64,000 nt of DNA, from the NCBI GenBank assembly GCA_043815185.1, contig JBDRJF010000002.1, forward strand, positions 9,828 to 73,827, read 5' to 3'. The notes below the pieces were generated by a model. The model searched no databases, was not told the origin of the DNA, and saw only the letters and a list, made by a program, of their open reading frames with translations. Position 1 is the stretch's first letter; the number at the start of each line of letters is the position of its first letter. Shown piece after piece: positions 35,502 through 45,042 of the stretch. The translations under genes were made by a program, and so were the position numbers. This stretch comes from Candidatus Omnitrophota bacterium. Its GTDB lineage: Bacteria; Omnitrophota; Gorgyraeia; Duberdicusellales; 4484-171.

Positions 35502-37251
35502 GATAAAGGGCATTGGCGTTTCCGGAGGAGTGGGGATAGGTAAGGCTTTGATATTAAGAAAGGCTGAGTTTTCTGTTCCGATGAGAAAGATTGCCCATGA
35601 TGAAATTTCCCGGGAGATTTTCCGTCTGGAGGAAGCTTTAATGGGAACGCGCCGTGAGATTTCTGATTTGCAGAAAAAGATATCTAAAGAGATTGGTTTT
35701 GATCACGGCCGAATATTTGAAGCTCATTACTTAGTTTTAGAAGATAGAGTCTTGATTGAAGACGTTATCAAACAAATCAAGCTAAAGAAAGTAAATGTTG
35801 AATATGCTTTCTCTGAAAGCATAAAAAAGTATGTTAATACCTTGCTAAAATTAGATGATGAGTATTTACGGGAGAGAGTGATAGACATAGAAGATATTTC
35901 TCGAAGAGTTCTGCGGTCAATGCTTAAAGAAAAAACATTATCTTTAAGCGATTTAAAGGAAAAAGTAATTGTGGTTGCTCATGATTTAGGGCCTTCCCAG
36001 ACCGCTTCTTTACCCAAAGAGAATGTTTTAGGATTTGTTACTGATGTAGGCGGCAGAACTTCCCATACAGCAATTATTGCCCGGAGTTTACGAATCCCGG
36101 CAGTTGTCGGTTTAGAGGTGGCTACAGAAAACATTAGAACCGGAGACAAAATTATCGTAGACGGTTCTACCGGCCATATTATAGTTCGTCCTACGGATAA
36201 GACTTTAAAAGAGTATCGAAGGAAGTTAACTCTATACGCTAAAGAAGTAAAGGCGATTCATATTCCAAAGGCTGTTAAGGTTTGCACCAAAGATGGAAAG
36301 GGGATAGTAGTTTCTGGCAACATTGAACTTCCCGAAGAGCTTCCTTTAGTTAAGAAATACGGCGCAGAGGGAATTGGTCTTTATCGTACTGAATATATCT
36401 TCTTGGGAAGAAGAGATTTGCCTTCAGAGGAAGAGCAGTACAAAGCTTATATTAGGGTAGCAAAAGACGTTGTACCTCATTCAGTTATCTTTAGAACTAT
36501 TGATATCGGTGGTGATAAGTTTCTTTCGCAACCAGAAGTTCCGCAGGAGATGAGTCCTTTTTTAGGCTGGCGGGGAATTAGGTTTTGTTTAGCACGCCCT
36601 GAAGTATTTAAAATGCAGCTGAGAGCAATTTTAAGAGCCTCAGTAGTTAGCAATGTCATGCTAATGTTTCCGATGATTTCAGGGGTAGAGGAGTTAAGGC
36701 AGGCTAAGGCACTTCTTGAGAAGTGTAAGAAGGAACTCAGGAAAGAAGGTAAAAAGTTTGATAACAATATTTCTGTAGGGGTGATGATTGAAGTTCCTTC
36801 AGCAGCTTTAACTGCCGATGTTCTAGCAAAAGAGTGTGATTTTTTTAGTATCGGCACCAATGATTTGATTCAATATTCTTTAGCTGTAGACCGAACTAAT
36901 GAGAAAGTAGCCTATCTTTACGAACCGGGACATCCGGCAGTTTTAAGGCTTATAAAGAGTATTATCGAAGTCGCCCATCAGAATGATATCTGGGTAGGAA
37001 TGTGCGGCGAGATGTCCGGGGAGCCTATTTTTTCATTCTTGCTTTTGGGAATGGGCCTGGACCGGTTCAGTATGTCTCTGCCTCAGGTCCCTAAGATAAA
37101 AGAGCTGATAAGCAATATTAACCTTAAAGATGCTAAGGCAACACTTTTTGAAGCTTTGAAGTTTCCAACATCTAAAGAGGTAGAAAAATACCTTCAGAAT
37201 GAATTGAAAAAGATTCTGGGAGATGATTTTTATCGTATTTTGATGGTTTAA
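35488..37251 (+). CDS. ptsI: PEP-protein phosphotransferase, Enzyme I
   Basis: GGRTSHTAIIARSL phospho-His motif and a PEP-utilising TIM-barrel C-terminus (FFSIGTNDLIQY). There is no GAF domain, so it is the PtsI type rather than PtsP. Confidence 0.9.
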   Translation: MTMIKIKGIGVSGGVGIGKALILRKAEFSVPMRKIAHDEISREIFRLEEALMGTRREISDLQKKISKEIGFDHGRIFEAHYLVLEDRVLIEDVIKQIKLKKVNVEYAFSESIKKYVNTLLKLDDEYLRERVIDIEDISRRVLRSMLKEKTLSLSDLKEKVIVVAHDLGPSQTASLPKENVLGFVTDVGGRTSHTAIIARSLRIPAVVGLEVATENIRTGDKIIVDGSTGHIIVRPTDKTLKEYRRKLTLYAKEVKAIHIPKAVKVCTKDGKGIVVSGNIELPEELPLVKKYGAEGIGLYRTEYIFLGRRDLPSEEEQYKAYIRVAKDVVPHSVIFRTIDIGGDKFLSQPEVPQEMSPFLGWRGIRFCLARPEVFKMQLRAILRASVVSNVMLMFPMISGVEELRQAKALLEKCKKELRKEGKKFDNNISVGVMIEVPSAALTADVLAKECDFFSIGTNDLIQYSLAVDRTNEKVAYLYEPGHPAVLRLIKSIIEVAHQNDIWVGMCGEMSGEPIFSFLLLGMGLDRFSMSLPQVPKIKELISNINLKDAKATLFEALKFPTSKEVEKYLQNELKKILGDDFYRILMV

Positions 37252-37253
37252 AT

Positions 37254-37985
37254 ATGCATATAGTAATTCTTGCCGCCGGTTACGGCACAAGACTCTACCC
37301 TTTGACTAAAAAAATAGCCAAACCTTTAGTTCTGGTAAACGATAAGCCAATGATTAATTATTTGGTTGATAAGATAAAGGTTATTGGCAGGAGTTTTCCT
37401 GTAGAGGAGGTCAGAGTTGTTGTTAACGATAAGTTTTATAAGAGTTTTTTAGTCTGGAAGAAGAAGTATAAGACAAGAGCAAAAATCTTTAACGACGGTT
37501 CAACTGGTCCCGATAATAGATTGGGGGCGATAAAGGATATGAAGTTCGCTATCGGGAAAACCAAAGCCGATTGGTTAGTTTTGGGCGGCGATAATTTATT
37601 CCAAGATAATTTAGTAAAGTTTATCAAGTTTGCTAAGGAGAAGTCACCTCAACCTTCAATTGCTCTCTATGATGTTAAATCTAAAAAAGCGGCCAAGCGT
37701 TTTGGTGTGGTGATATTGAATCGGGGAAGGAGAATAGTTAAGTTTCAAGAGAAAGTCAAACGGCCTCTTTCAACTCTGGCTGCAGCTTGTATTTACTTTT
37801 TTCCCAAGCAATCTTTACACTTATTTGATTCATTTATTGCCCGGAATGCTAATGTTGATGCTTCAGGAAGGTATATAGCCTGGTTAGCCAGAGCGTCAAA
37901 AGTTTTTGGTTATAGATTAGAGGGGAAGTGGATTGATATCGGTCACTTTGACTCTTTAAAGCAGGCTGCACAGGAATTCAAATAA
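37254..37985 (+). CDS. Sugar-phosphate nucleotidyltransferase (NTP_transferase family)
   Basis: N-terminal VILAAGYGTRLYPLTKKIAKPL signature. 243 aa. Substrate not inferable. Confidence 0.7.
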   Translation: MHIVILAAGYGTRLYPLTKKIAKPLVLVNDKPMINYLVDKIKVIGRSFPVEEVRVVVNDKFYKSFLVWKKKYKTRAKIFNDGSTGPDNRLGAIKDMKFAIGKTKADWLVLGGDNLFQDNLVKFIKFAKEKSPQPSIALYDVKSKKAAKRFGVVILNRGRRIVKFQEKVKRPLSTLAAACIYFFPKQSLHLFDSFIARNANVDASGRYIAWLARASKVFGYRLEGKWIDIGHFDSLKQAAQEFK

Positions 37986-37995
37986 AGGGGGATAT

Positions 37996-39060
37996 ATGTC
38001 ACTCGAAAAATTAAGAGGAGAGATTGACCGGATAGACGAAAAAATACTTAAACTTCTTAACAGCAGAGCTGGGGAAGCTTTAAAGGTTAACCGGATAAAA
38101 AGGGATAAGAAAATACGTACTTACTCTCCGGACAGGGAAGAAACTATGCTCAAGCGTCTTAAGGGTTTAAGCAAGGGGCTGTTTAAGGCTCAAGACACCG
38201 AGAATGTTTTTCGGGAAATACTTTCGGCTTGTCGGGCTCAAAACGCAAATATAAAAATAGCTTATTTAGGGCCTGAACATACATTCACTCATATAGCAGC
38301 ACTCAAGAAGTTTGGCAAGTCTGTGGATTATCTTGAGTGTAGCAGTATCGCTGATGTTTTTACAGAAGTTGAGCGGGGTAGGGCAGATTATGGCGTAGTT
38401 CCTATTGAAAATTCTACTGAAGGGGCGGTAAATCATACTTTAGATATGTTTCTGGACTCTGAGCTTAAAATATGTTCGGAAATGTATCTGTCGATAGAGC
38501 ACAATCTTTTAAGCAGGTGTAAAAAGATATCTTCGGTAAAAAATGTTTACTCACATCAGCAGGTATTTGCCCAATGCCGCAAATGGCTTGAGAAGAATCT
38601 ACCAAATGCTAAATTGACTTCTTATACAAGCACTACTCAAGCAGCGATGTATGCCACTTTGGGAAAGGGAAGAGCTGCCATAGCCAGCAAAGCGGCGGCC
38701 GAGGAGTATGAATTAAACATATTGGCGCGTTCGATTGAGGATTCAGCACATAATATTACCCGGTTTTTAATAATCGGAAGGCAAGATGTCGGTTCGACTA
38801 AACAAGATAAGACATCAATAGTCTTTTCAATGAAGGATAAGGCCGGAGCTTTACATGATGCTTTGGTACCGTTTAAGAGGAATAATATAAATCTTACCAA
38901 GATAGAGTCCCGGCCCTCCAAAAAGAAAGCTTGGAAGTATTACTTCTTTGTAGATATGCAGGGACATAAAGATTCTCCGCCTGTGCGAAAGGCCATAAGA
39001 GCATTAGAAAAGGAGTGCCTTTTTGTAAAGATTCTTGGTTCGTACCCCAAGGAGAGTTAA
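37996..39060 (+). CDS. pheA: Bifunctional chorismate mutase / prephenate dehydratase (P-protein)
   Basis: CM_2 N-terminus (LRGEIDRIDEKILKLLNSRA), a PDT domain and a C-terminal ACT domain (ITRFLII..., LTKIESRP). Confidence 0.9.
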   Translation: MSLEKLRGEIDRIDEKILKLLNSRAGEALKVNRIKRDKKIRTYSPDREETMLKRLKGLSKGLFKAQDTENVFREILSACRAQNANIKIAYLGPEHTFTHIAALKKFGKSVDYLECSSIADVFTEVERGRADYGVVPIENSTEGAVNHTLDMFLDSELKICSEMYLSIEHNLLSRCKKISSVKNVYSHQQVFAQCRKWLEKNLPNAKLTSYTSTTQAAMYATLGKGRAAIASKAAAEEYELNILARSIEDSAHNITRFLIIGRQDVGSTKQDKTSIVFSMKDKAGALHDALVPFKRNNINLTKIESRPSKKKAWKYYFFVDMQGHKDSPPVRKAIRALEKECLFVKILGSYPKES

Positions 39061-39068
39061 TAGCTGGA

Positions 39069-40157
39069 ATGATGAAGGTTCGAAAAGAGTTAAGCAAAAT
39101 AAATAGCTATAAGCCGGGGAAGCCGATTGAAGAGGTAAAGCGGCAACTTAGACTGGACGAAGTCTATAAACTTGCTTCTAACGAAATTCCTTTTCCTCCT
39201 TTCTATATACGTAAGGCGATTCAGGAGGAGTTAAAAAATATTAATCGTTACCCGGAAAGTAATAGTTTCTACCTAAGGCGGGCAATAGCTAAGAAGTTAA
39301 AGGTTAAAGAGGATCAAATCGTCTTCGGTAACGGTTCAGATGAGATAATAGTTTTAGCTTTAAGAGCCTTCCTTGAAAGAGGCGATGAGGTTGTCGTTGC
39401 TGACCCCACCTTTTTAATTTATGAGATCCAAGCTAAAATTGAAGGCGCTAAAGTGGTAAGGGTTCCTTCGGTTAATTTGCGCTACTGTTTAGAAAAAATT
39501 GCTGAAAAAGTTACTGAAAAGACCAAGATTATTTTTATTGCTAATCCTGATAATCCTACCGGGACATACTTAAGCCATAAAGAAGTAAAGGATTTTTTGG
39601 CTAAAGTTCCCAAAAGAGTATTAGTTTTTTTTGATGAAGCTTATTTTGAGTTTGCACCGGGAGATTTTCCTAAAACCCTTAATTTTTTGAAAAAGCGGGG
39701 TAACATCATAATCACTCGCACTTTTTCTAAGGCCTATGGATTAGCCGGGCTGCGTATTGGTTACGGGATTACAACTAAGGGGCTGGCCGGGATTCTAAAC
39801 AAGGTTAGAGAACCATTTAATATAAATAGATTTGCCCAAGTAGCAGCTCAAGCTGCTTTAGAAAATAAGGAATTTTTAAGGAAGGTAGTTACTTACATTA
39901 AAAGGGAGAAGTACTATCTTTATAAGGAGTTAAAAGAATGTAAGCTGACATTTTTGGAGAGTGCAACTAACTTTATTCTTGTTGATTTTAAAAAGAATGC
40001 ATCGGGCCTCTGTGATTACCTCCTTAAACGGGGAGTCATTGTAAGAGGGCTAAGCGGCTGGGGCTTGAAAAACTTCTTTCGGGTAACCGTAGGTTTACCT
40101 AAAGAAAATAAAAAATTTATAAGATATTTAAAGAGTTATCTAGGAGGGGACAGATGA
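39069..40157 (+). CDS. hisC: Histidinol-phosphate/aromatic aminotransferase (class II PLP)
   Basis: LASNEIPFPP..., IANPDNPTG and FSKAYGLAGLRIGY (PLP Lys). The start is set at the ATG at 39069, after the pheA stop. Confidence 0.8.
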   Translation: MMKVRKELSKINSYKPGKPIEEVKRQLRLDEVYKLASNEIPFPPFYIRKAIQEELKNINRYPESNSFYLRRAIAKKLKVKEDQIVFGNGSDEIIVLALRAFLERGDEVVVADPTFLIYEIQAKIEGAKVVRVPSVNLRYCLEKIAEKVTEKTKIIFIANPDNPTGTYLSHKEVKDFLAKVPKRVLVFFDEAYFEFAPGDFPKTLNFLKKRGNIIITRTFSKAYGLAGLRIGYGITTKGLAGILNKVREPFNINRFAQVAAQAALENKEFLRKVVTYIKREKYYLYKELKECKLTFLESATNFILVDFKKNASGLCDYLLKRGVIVRGLSGWGLKNFFRVTVGLPKENKKFIRYLKSYLGGDR

Positions 40158-41170
40158 TTATTGTTTTTAAGAAGGGTGCAACTAAAGTTGAGATAAACAA
40201 CCTTATAAAAAAAGTTAAAAAGTTGGGCCTCAAGGCAATGGTTTCACGGGGTAAAGAACGGACCATTGTCGGCGTTATTGGTCCTGAGGATGCCATAAGG
40301 TTACACCCCCTGGATGTTTTTCCGGGAGTCGATAAGGTAATGCCGGTATTGGCACCTTATAAGTTAGTATCCCGGGAGTTTAAAGAGACCGATAGCGTTA
40401 TAAAAATAAGCGATAAAGTTGAAATTGGTTCCGGAAAGATCGTAATCATTGCCGGCCCCTGTTCTATTGAGAGCAGAGAGCAATTAAGTGCGGTAGCTAA
40501 AAAAATAAAACAGGCCGGAGCTACAATTTTGCGGGGAGGAGCCTTTAAGCCTCGCACCTCTCCTTATACTTTTCAGGGGCTAGGCGAAGAAGGCCTAAAG
40601 ATACTTAAAGATGTATCGCAAGAGCTTGATTTACCTACAGTTACTGAGGTTATGGATACCAGAGACGTAAATTTAGTGGCAAAATATGCCGGGGTTCTAC
40701 AAATCGGTGCCCGTAATATGCAGAATTTTAATCTTTTAAAAGAAGTCGGCCAGACTAAAAAGCCGATTATCTTAAAACGGGGATTAAGCGCTACCATAAA
40801 AGAATTATTAATGAGCGCAGAATATATTTTATCCGAGGGCAATTTCAATCTGATTTTATGCGAACGGGGCATAAGAACCTTTGAAGAGTTTACTCGCAAT
40901 ACTCTGGATATAAGTGCGGTTCCGGCGGTAAAGATGTTGTCTCATCTTCCGATTATCGTTGATCCTTCACATGCTTGCGGAAAGTGGGGGTTAGTTGCGC
41001 CCTTAAGTAAAGCTGCTCTGGCTTGCGGAGCAGACGGTCTTCTTATTGAAGTCCATCCCGACCCCAAAGAGGCCTTAAGTGACGGGGCACAACAACTCTT
41101 ACCGGAGAACTTCTTAAATCTGGTGGAAGAGTTAAGAGGAATCGCTAAAGCTGTAGGCAGAACAATATGA
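40154..41170 (+). CDS. aroF: 3-deoxy-7-phosphoheptulonate (DAHP) synthase, type I-beta, with an N-terminal ferredoxin-like regulatory domain
   Basis: Thermotoga-type architecture: MIIVFKKGAT... as the FL domain, then IIAGPCSIES, LRGGAFKPRTSPY and VDPSHA. Confidence 0.85.
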   Translation: MIIVFKKGATKVEINNLIKKVKKLGLKAMVSRGKERTIVGVIGPEDAIRLHPLDVFPGVDKVMPVLAPYKLVSREFKETDSVIKISDKVEIGSGKIVIIAGPCSIESREQLSAVAKKIKQAGATILRGGAFKPRTSPYTFQGLGEEGLKILKDVSQELDLPTVTEVMDTRDVNLVAKYAGVLQIGARNMQNFNLLKEVGQTKKPIILKRGLSATIKELLMSAEYILSEGNFNLILCERGIRTFEEFTRNTLDISAVPAVKMLSHLPIIVDPSHACGKWGLVAPLSKAALACGADGLLIEVHPDPKEALSDGAQQLLPENFLNLVEELRGIAKAVGRTI

Positions 41171-42003
41171 AGACAATAAAGAAAATAGCAATATTGGGCG
41201 TAGGATTCATGGGGGGGTCTTTGAGTTTAGCTTTTAAGAAGGAATTTCCGCGAATAGCGGTCTGGGGATATGCCCGGAGTAAAAAATCCTATTTGAAACT
41301 AAAGAGGTTACAGATTCTGGATGGGGTAGAGCGTGAGTTAAAAAAAGTTGTTGAAAATGCTGATTTAGTCGCTTTAGCCCTGCCGATAGAGAGTATTATT
41401 GTTTATTCTAGAAAGATAGCCCCTTTCTTAAAGCCGGGAGCTATTGTTTTTGATTTAGGCAGCAGTAAGCAGGTGGTCGAGAAAAGTATTGTTAAATGTT
41501 TACCGAAAGGGGTGGATTTTGTCGGTTGCCATCCTTTAGTGGGAAGCGAAAAAAGCGGAGCAGAGTTTAGCCGGCAATGCCTTTATCAAGGAGAACTTTG
41601 CTTGATTACTTCGTCACCTCACTGCAGAGCCACCAAAATGGTAAAGAGAATTTGGCAGAAATTAGGGGCAAAAGTAATCTTTATCAACGCTGATTATCAT
41701 GATAAGGCCTTCTCTTACTTATCACACTTACCGCATATTGTTTCGTTTTCGCTCATTGAAAGTTTGCCTCAGGGACACCTAAAGTTTTCTCCGCAGAGCT
41801 TTAAGGATGTAACTCGGATATCCGGTTCACCAGCTTCGGTTTGGGCAGATATTTTTCTCTCTAATAAAAAGAATATTTTAGGAGATTTGAATAAATTTGT
41901 AGACAGCTTAAGGAAGTTTGAAGGTTTGATAAAAAATAATGATAAAGCCAAGATTATAGATTTGATTAAGAAGATCAACGCTAAACAAAGACGTTTATTA
42001 TGA
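41167..42003 (+). CDS. tyrA: Prephenate dehydrogenase
   Basis: Rossmann IAILGVGFMGGSL, the GCHPLVGSE motif, and aromatic-operon context. Confidence 0.8.
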   Translation: MKTIKKIAILGVGFMGGSLSLAFKKEFPRIAVWGYARSKKSYLKLKRLQILDGVERELKKVVENADLVALALPIESIIVYSRKIAPFLKPGAIVFDLGSSKQVVEKSIVKCLPKGVDFVGCHPLVGSEKSGAEFSRQCLYQGELCLITSSPHCRATKMVKRIWQKLGAKVIFINADYHDKAFSYLSHLPHIVSFSLIESLPQGHLKFSPQSFKDVTRISGSPASVWADIFLSNKKNILGDLNKFVDSLRKFEGLIKNNDKAKIIDLIKKINAKQRRLL

Positions 42004-42647
42004 TTATCGGCATAGATGGTCCTGCTGGTTCAGGTAAGACAACAGTTGCCAAACTCCTGGCCAAAAGGTTAGGTATCTTTTATTTAGACACCGGGGCAAT
42101 GTATCGGGCTCTAACCTTGAAGGCGATAGCAGAAAGAGTAGAATTAACCGACAACGAGAATTTAGGGAATTTGGCAGAAACAGCCGATTTAGAAATTAAA
42201 GAAGATAGGGTCTATCTTAGCGGTGAGGATGTCAGCAGCCGGATAAGAAGTCCGCTTATTGACAAGAGTATTTCTTTAGTTGTAGCTCAACCAAGGGTAA
42301 GAGCAGCAATGGTAAAGCTGCAGAGGAAGATAGTTAATAAAGGCGATTTTGTCGTTGAAGGACGGGACATAACTACGGTAGTTTTTCCTCAAGCGCAATA
42401 TAAATTTTATCTTGATGCTTCTTCATTAGTAAGGGCCCAGAGGCGTTTTAAGGAGCTAAAAAGCAAGGGAATAAAAGTTAGGTTTCAGGAGTTAGCCGAA
42501 GATTTAAAGAAGCGAGATACTGCTGATAAGACCAGAGAAGTCAGTCCTTTGAAGATTAGTGAGGAGGCTATTTGTCTGGATACAACCAATCTTACTAGCT
42601 CACAAACAGTCGAAGCAATTATTCAACGCATGGGTTTAGGTAAATAG
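42000..42647 (+). CDS. cmk: Cytidylate kinase
   Basis: IIGIDGPAGSGKTTVAKLLA P-loop and YLDTGAMYRA. Confidence 0.9.
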   Translation: MIIGIDGPAGSGKTTVAKLLAKRLGIFYLDTGAMYRALTLKAIAERVELTDNENLGNLAETADLEIKEDRVYLSGEDVSSRIRSPLIDKSISLVVAQPRVRAAMVKLQRKIVNKGDFVVEGRDITTVVFPQAQYKFYLDASSLVRAQRRFKELKSKGIKVRFQELAEDLKKRDTADKTREVSPLKISEEAICLDTTNLTSSQTVEAIIQRMGLGK

Positions 42648-42727
42648 AGTTTATCCGGTGAAACTTAGATTTATTATCCCCTATATTTTATCTTCCTAAC
42701 CGAACCACAAATATTGCAGGAAGCGAG

Positions 42728-44524
42728 ATGGAACTGAAAGATAAAATAAGGAATTTCTGTATCATTGCCCATATTGATCATGGCAAGTCTACCCTTGCTG
42801 ATAGATTTCTTGATCTGGCTGGTACGGTTAATCTCAGGAAGAGGAGAGAACAGATGCTGGATAGTATGGAGCTAGAGCGGGAGAGGGGAATTACCATAAA
42901 AGCAAAGGCGGTAAGGTTAAACCTTCTCTTTAGGGGAAGAGATTATATTCTCAACCTTATCGATACTCCGGGACATGTTGATTTTTCCTATGAAGTTGCT
43001 AAGTCGTTAAAAGGTGCTGAAGGTGCGATTATTCTGGTTGATGCCTCTCAAGGGGTAGAAGCTCAGACCGTCGCTAATTTCCATCTCGCTTTGGAAAATG
43101 ATTTAAGAATTATTCCGGCACTTAATAAAATAGACCTTCCTGGTGCTGATATCGAGAGAAGTTCTAACCAGCTTTTTGATGTGTTTGGTTTTAAAAGAGA
43201 GGAAATTTCGCTTATTTCTGCTAAAGAAGGCACGGGTATGGAAGAACTGTTAAAGAGGGTGATTGAGGAGATACCTCCGCCTCGGGGAGACTTTAACCAG
43301 CCGCTTAAAGCAGTTCTTTTTGATTCTACTTATGATCCTTACCGGGGAGTTATACTTTTTATAAGGATATTTGATGGAAGTATTTCTGTTGGTGATAATA
43401 TTCTCTTAATGCATCAGAATAAGACTTATCGCGTAGAGGAAGTTGGGGTATTCTTACCCCAAGCGCAAAAAAGAGATAATCTTTGCTGCGGAGAGGTAGG
43501 TTATATTTGTTGTAATATAAAAGACCCTCAGGATATTGATATTGGTGATACGATTACCTCTTCATCCAATCCTACGCCAAAGGCTTTTGAAGGATACACC
43601 AAGATGTCACCGATGGTTTTTTGCGGCATATTTCCTTCTTCGCCTAAAGATTACCCGGCTTTAAAAGCAGCTATTGAGAAATTAAAATTGTCTGATCCCT
43701 CTTTTGTCTATGAGCCTGACAATTTAGGCACCTTAGGCTATGGATTTAGGTGCGGCTTTCTGGGACTCTTGCACATGGAGATAGTCCAGGAAAGATTAGA
43801 GCGAGAGTATGATCTCGACCTTATCCTAACTTCTCCTAATGTTAAATATTTGCTAAAGAGGATAGGAGAAAAAGATGTAGAATATATAGAAGTCCCACAT
43901 CAATTTCCCGATCCATCTTGCGTTGAAGAGATTTCCGAACCCTTTGTGAGGGCCACTATTGTTACTCCTTTAGAGGAGATGGATTCTATTTGCGATTTAG
44001 CAAAATCAAGGCGGGGTGAGTTCGTAAAGATGGATTATTTAGGTAAGGATAGATTAGCTATAGTGTTTGATCTTCCCTTAGGAGAAATTGTTATTGATTT
44101 TTATGACAATATAAAATCTTTGACTAGAGGATATGCTTCTTTTGACTATGAGTTTATCGGTTACCAGAAGACAGAAATTGTCAAGATTGATATTCTTTTT
44201 AATCAGAAGAAGACCGAAGCTTTTTCAATCCTGGTGCATAAAGAAAAATCCGAAATTAAAGCCAGGACTGTAGTCGAGAAGTTGAAAAAGTTGATTCCTC
44301 GGCAGATGTATGAGGTAAAGATTCAAGCCGCGATTGGTTCGAAAATAATTGCTTCTGAGAAGGTATCAGCCTTAAAGAAGAATGTTACTGCTAAGTGTTA
44401 CGGAGGGGACATTACTAGAAAAAGGAAGCTTTGGGAGAAACAGAAAAAAGGAAAGAAAAAGATGAAACAGCTGGGTAATATAATTATCCCCCAGAATGCT
44501 TTTTTGGAAGTGCTTAAAATGTAA
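42728..44524 (+). CDS. lepA: Elongation factor 4 (LepA)
   Basis: IRNFCIIAHIDHGKSTLADR G domain, DTPGHVDF, and a LepA-specific C-terminus (KCYGGDITRKRKLWEKQKKGKKKMK). Confidence 0.95.
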   Translation: MELKDKIRNFCIIAHIDHGKSTLADRFLDLAGTVNLRKRREQMLDSMELERERGITIKAKAVRLNLLFRGRDYILNLIDTPGHVDFSYEVAKSLKGAEGAIILVDASQGVEAQTVANFHLALENDLRIIPALNKIDLPGADIERSSNQLFDVFGFKREEISLISAKEGTGMEELLKRVIEEIPPPRGDFNQPLKAVLFDSTYDPYRGVILFIRIFDGSISVGDNILLMHQNKTYRVEEVGVFLPQAQKRDNLCCGEVGYICCNIKDPQDIDIGDTITSSSNPTPKAFEGYTKMSPMVFCGIFPSSPKDYPALKAAIEKLKLSDPSFVYEPDNLGTLGYGFRCGFLGLLHMEIVQERLEREYDLDLILTSPNVKYLLKRIGEKDVEYIEVPHQFPDPSCVEEISEPFVRATIVTPLEEMDSICDLAKSRRGEFVKMDYLGKDRLAIVFDLPLGEIVIDFYDNIKSLTRGYASFDYEFIGYQKTEIVKIDILFNQKKTEAFSILVHKEKSEIKARTVVEKLKKLIPRQMYEVKIQAAIGSKIIASEKVSALKKNVTAKCYGGDITRKRKLWEKQKKGKKKMKQLGNIIIPQNAFLEVLKM

Positions 44525-44587
44525 ACAGAAATTACATCGATTAGAAAAAGATTACAGTGATTAAGTACGTAAGATGACATAAAATAA

Positions 44588-44607
44588 GGGGTGTAAGGTG
44601 ACACCCC
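44588..44607 (+). terminator. GC-rich hairpin after lepA (terminator-like, no U-tract)
   Basis: GGGGTGT (44588-44594) pairs with ACACCCC (44601-44607) across a 6-nt loop. The T-run expected of an intrinsic terminator is missing. Confidence 0.3.
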
Positions 44608-44672
44608 TGAGGTGGGCGAATGTCTGCCTGCCGGTAGCAGGGACTTCTCGGGGATGGCGAAGCTGAGAAAAA

Positions 44673-44837
44673 GGGGACGGTTCTCTCACTCGGAACCCAT
44701 TACCTATCAATTAGTTATGACTAGACAATTATAAAATGCTTAAAGTCGGAAAAGGATAGTGTCCTTTACCAAGGTTTATAATACTGTATTTGTAACTTCT
44801 TATGTTAGAAAGGGATAGGGCAATGAGAACCGTCCCC
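44673..44837. repeat. 165-bp element bounded by perfect 13-bp inverted repeats (MITE-like, or a long closing stem of an RNA)
   Basis: GGGGACGGTTCTC (44673-44685) is the exact reverse complement of GAGAACCGTCCCC (44825-44837). A partial third copy, GTCCCCTAAATA, recurs at 44851-44862. No ORF lies inside. Confidence 0.35.
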
Positions 44838-44986
44838 TAAATACTAAATAGTCCCCTAAATATAAACGACTTTGATAAAAATTTTAAAAAAGATTGAAAG
44901 AATTTTGTATTCTCATACGTCTATTATTATATAGAGGGACGAAAATTTTGGCAGATGCCATGGATTGTCGAATATCAAAATCGCTC

Positions 44987-45023
44987 TTGACAGAGCTACT
45001 ACAATGTGGTAACATTGTAGTAG
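44987..45023 (+). promoter_or_regulatory. brnTA promoter (TTGACA, 17 bp, TGgTAACAT) overlapped by an 11-bp perfect palindromic operator
   Basis: TTGACA at 44987-44992 and TAACAT at 45010-45015. The palindrome arms are CTACTACAATG (44996-45006) and CATTGTAGTAG (45013-45023). Confidence 0.5.
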
Positions 45024-45042
45024 AAAAGAAAAAGGAATTTTA

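Noticed and set aside
44654-44734. 26-codon basic small ORF (MAKLRKRGRFSHSEPITYQLVMTRQL) after a hairpin resembling those before rpsB and tsf
   Set aside because: The putative SD (GGGG) is weak, the ORF runs through the left inverted repeat of the 165-bp element, and there is no recognisable family. It is kept only as a note because a similar hairpin sits 5' of it, as at rpsB and tsf.
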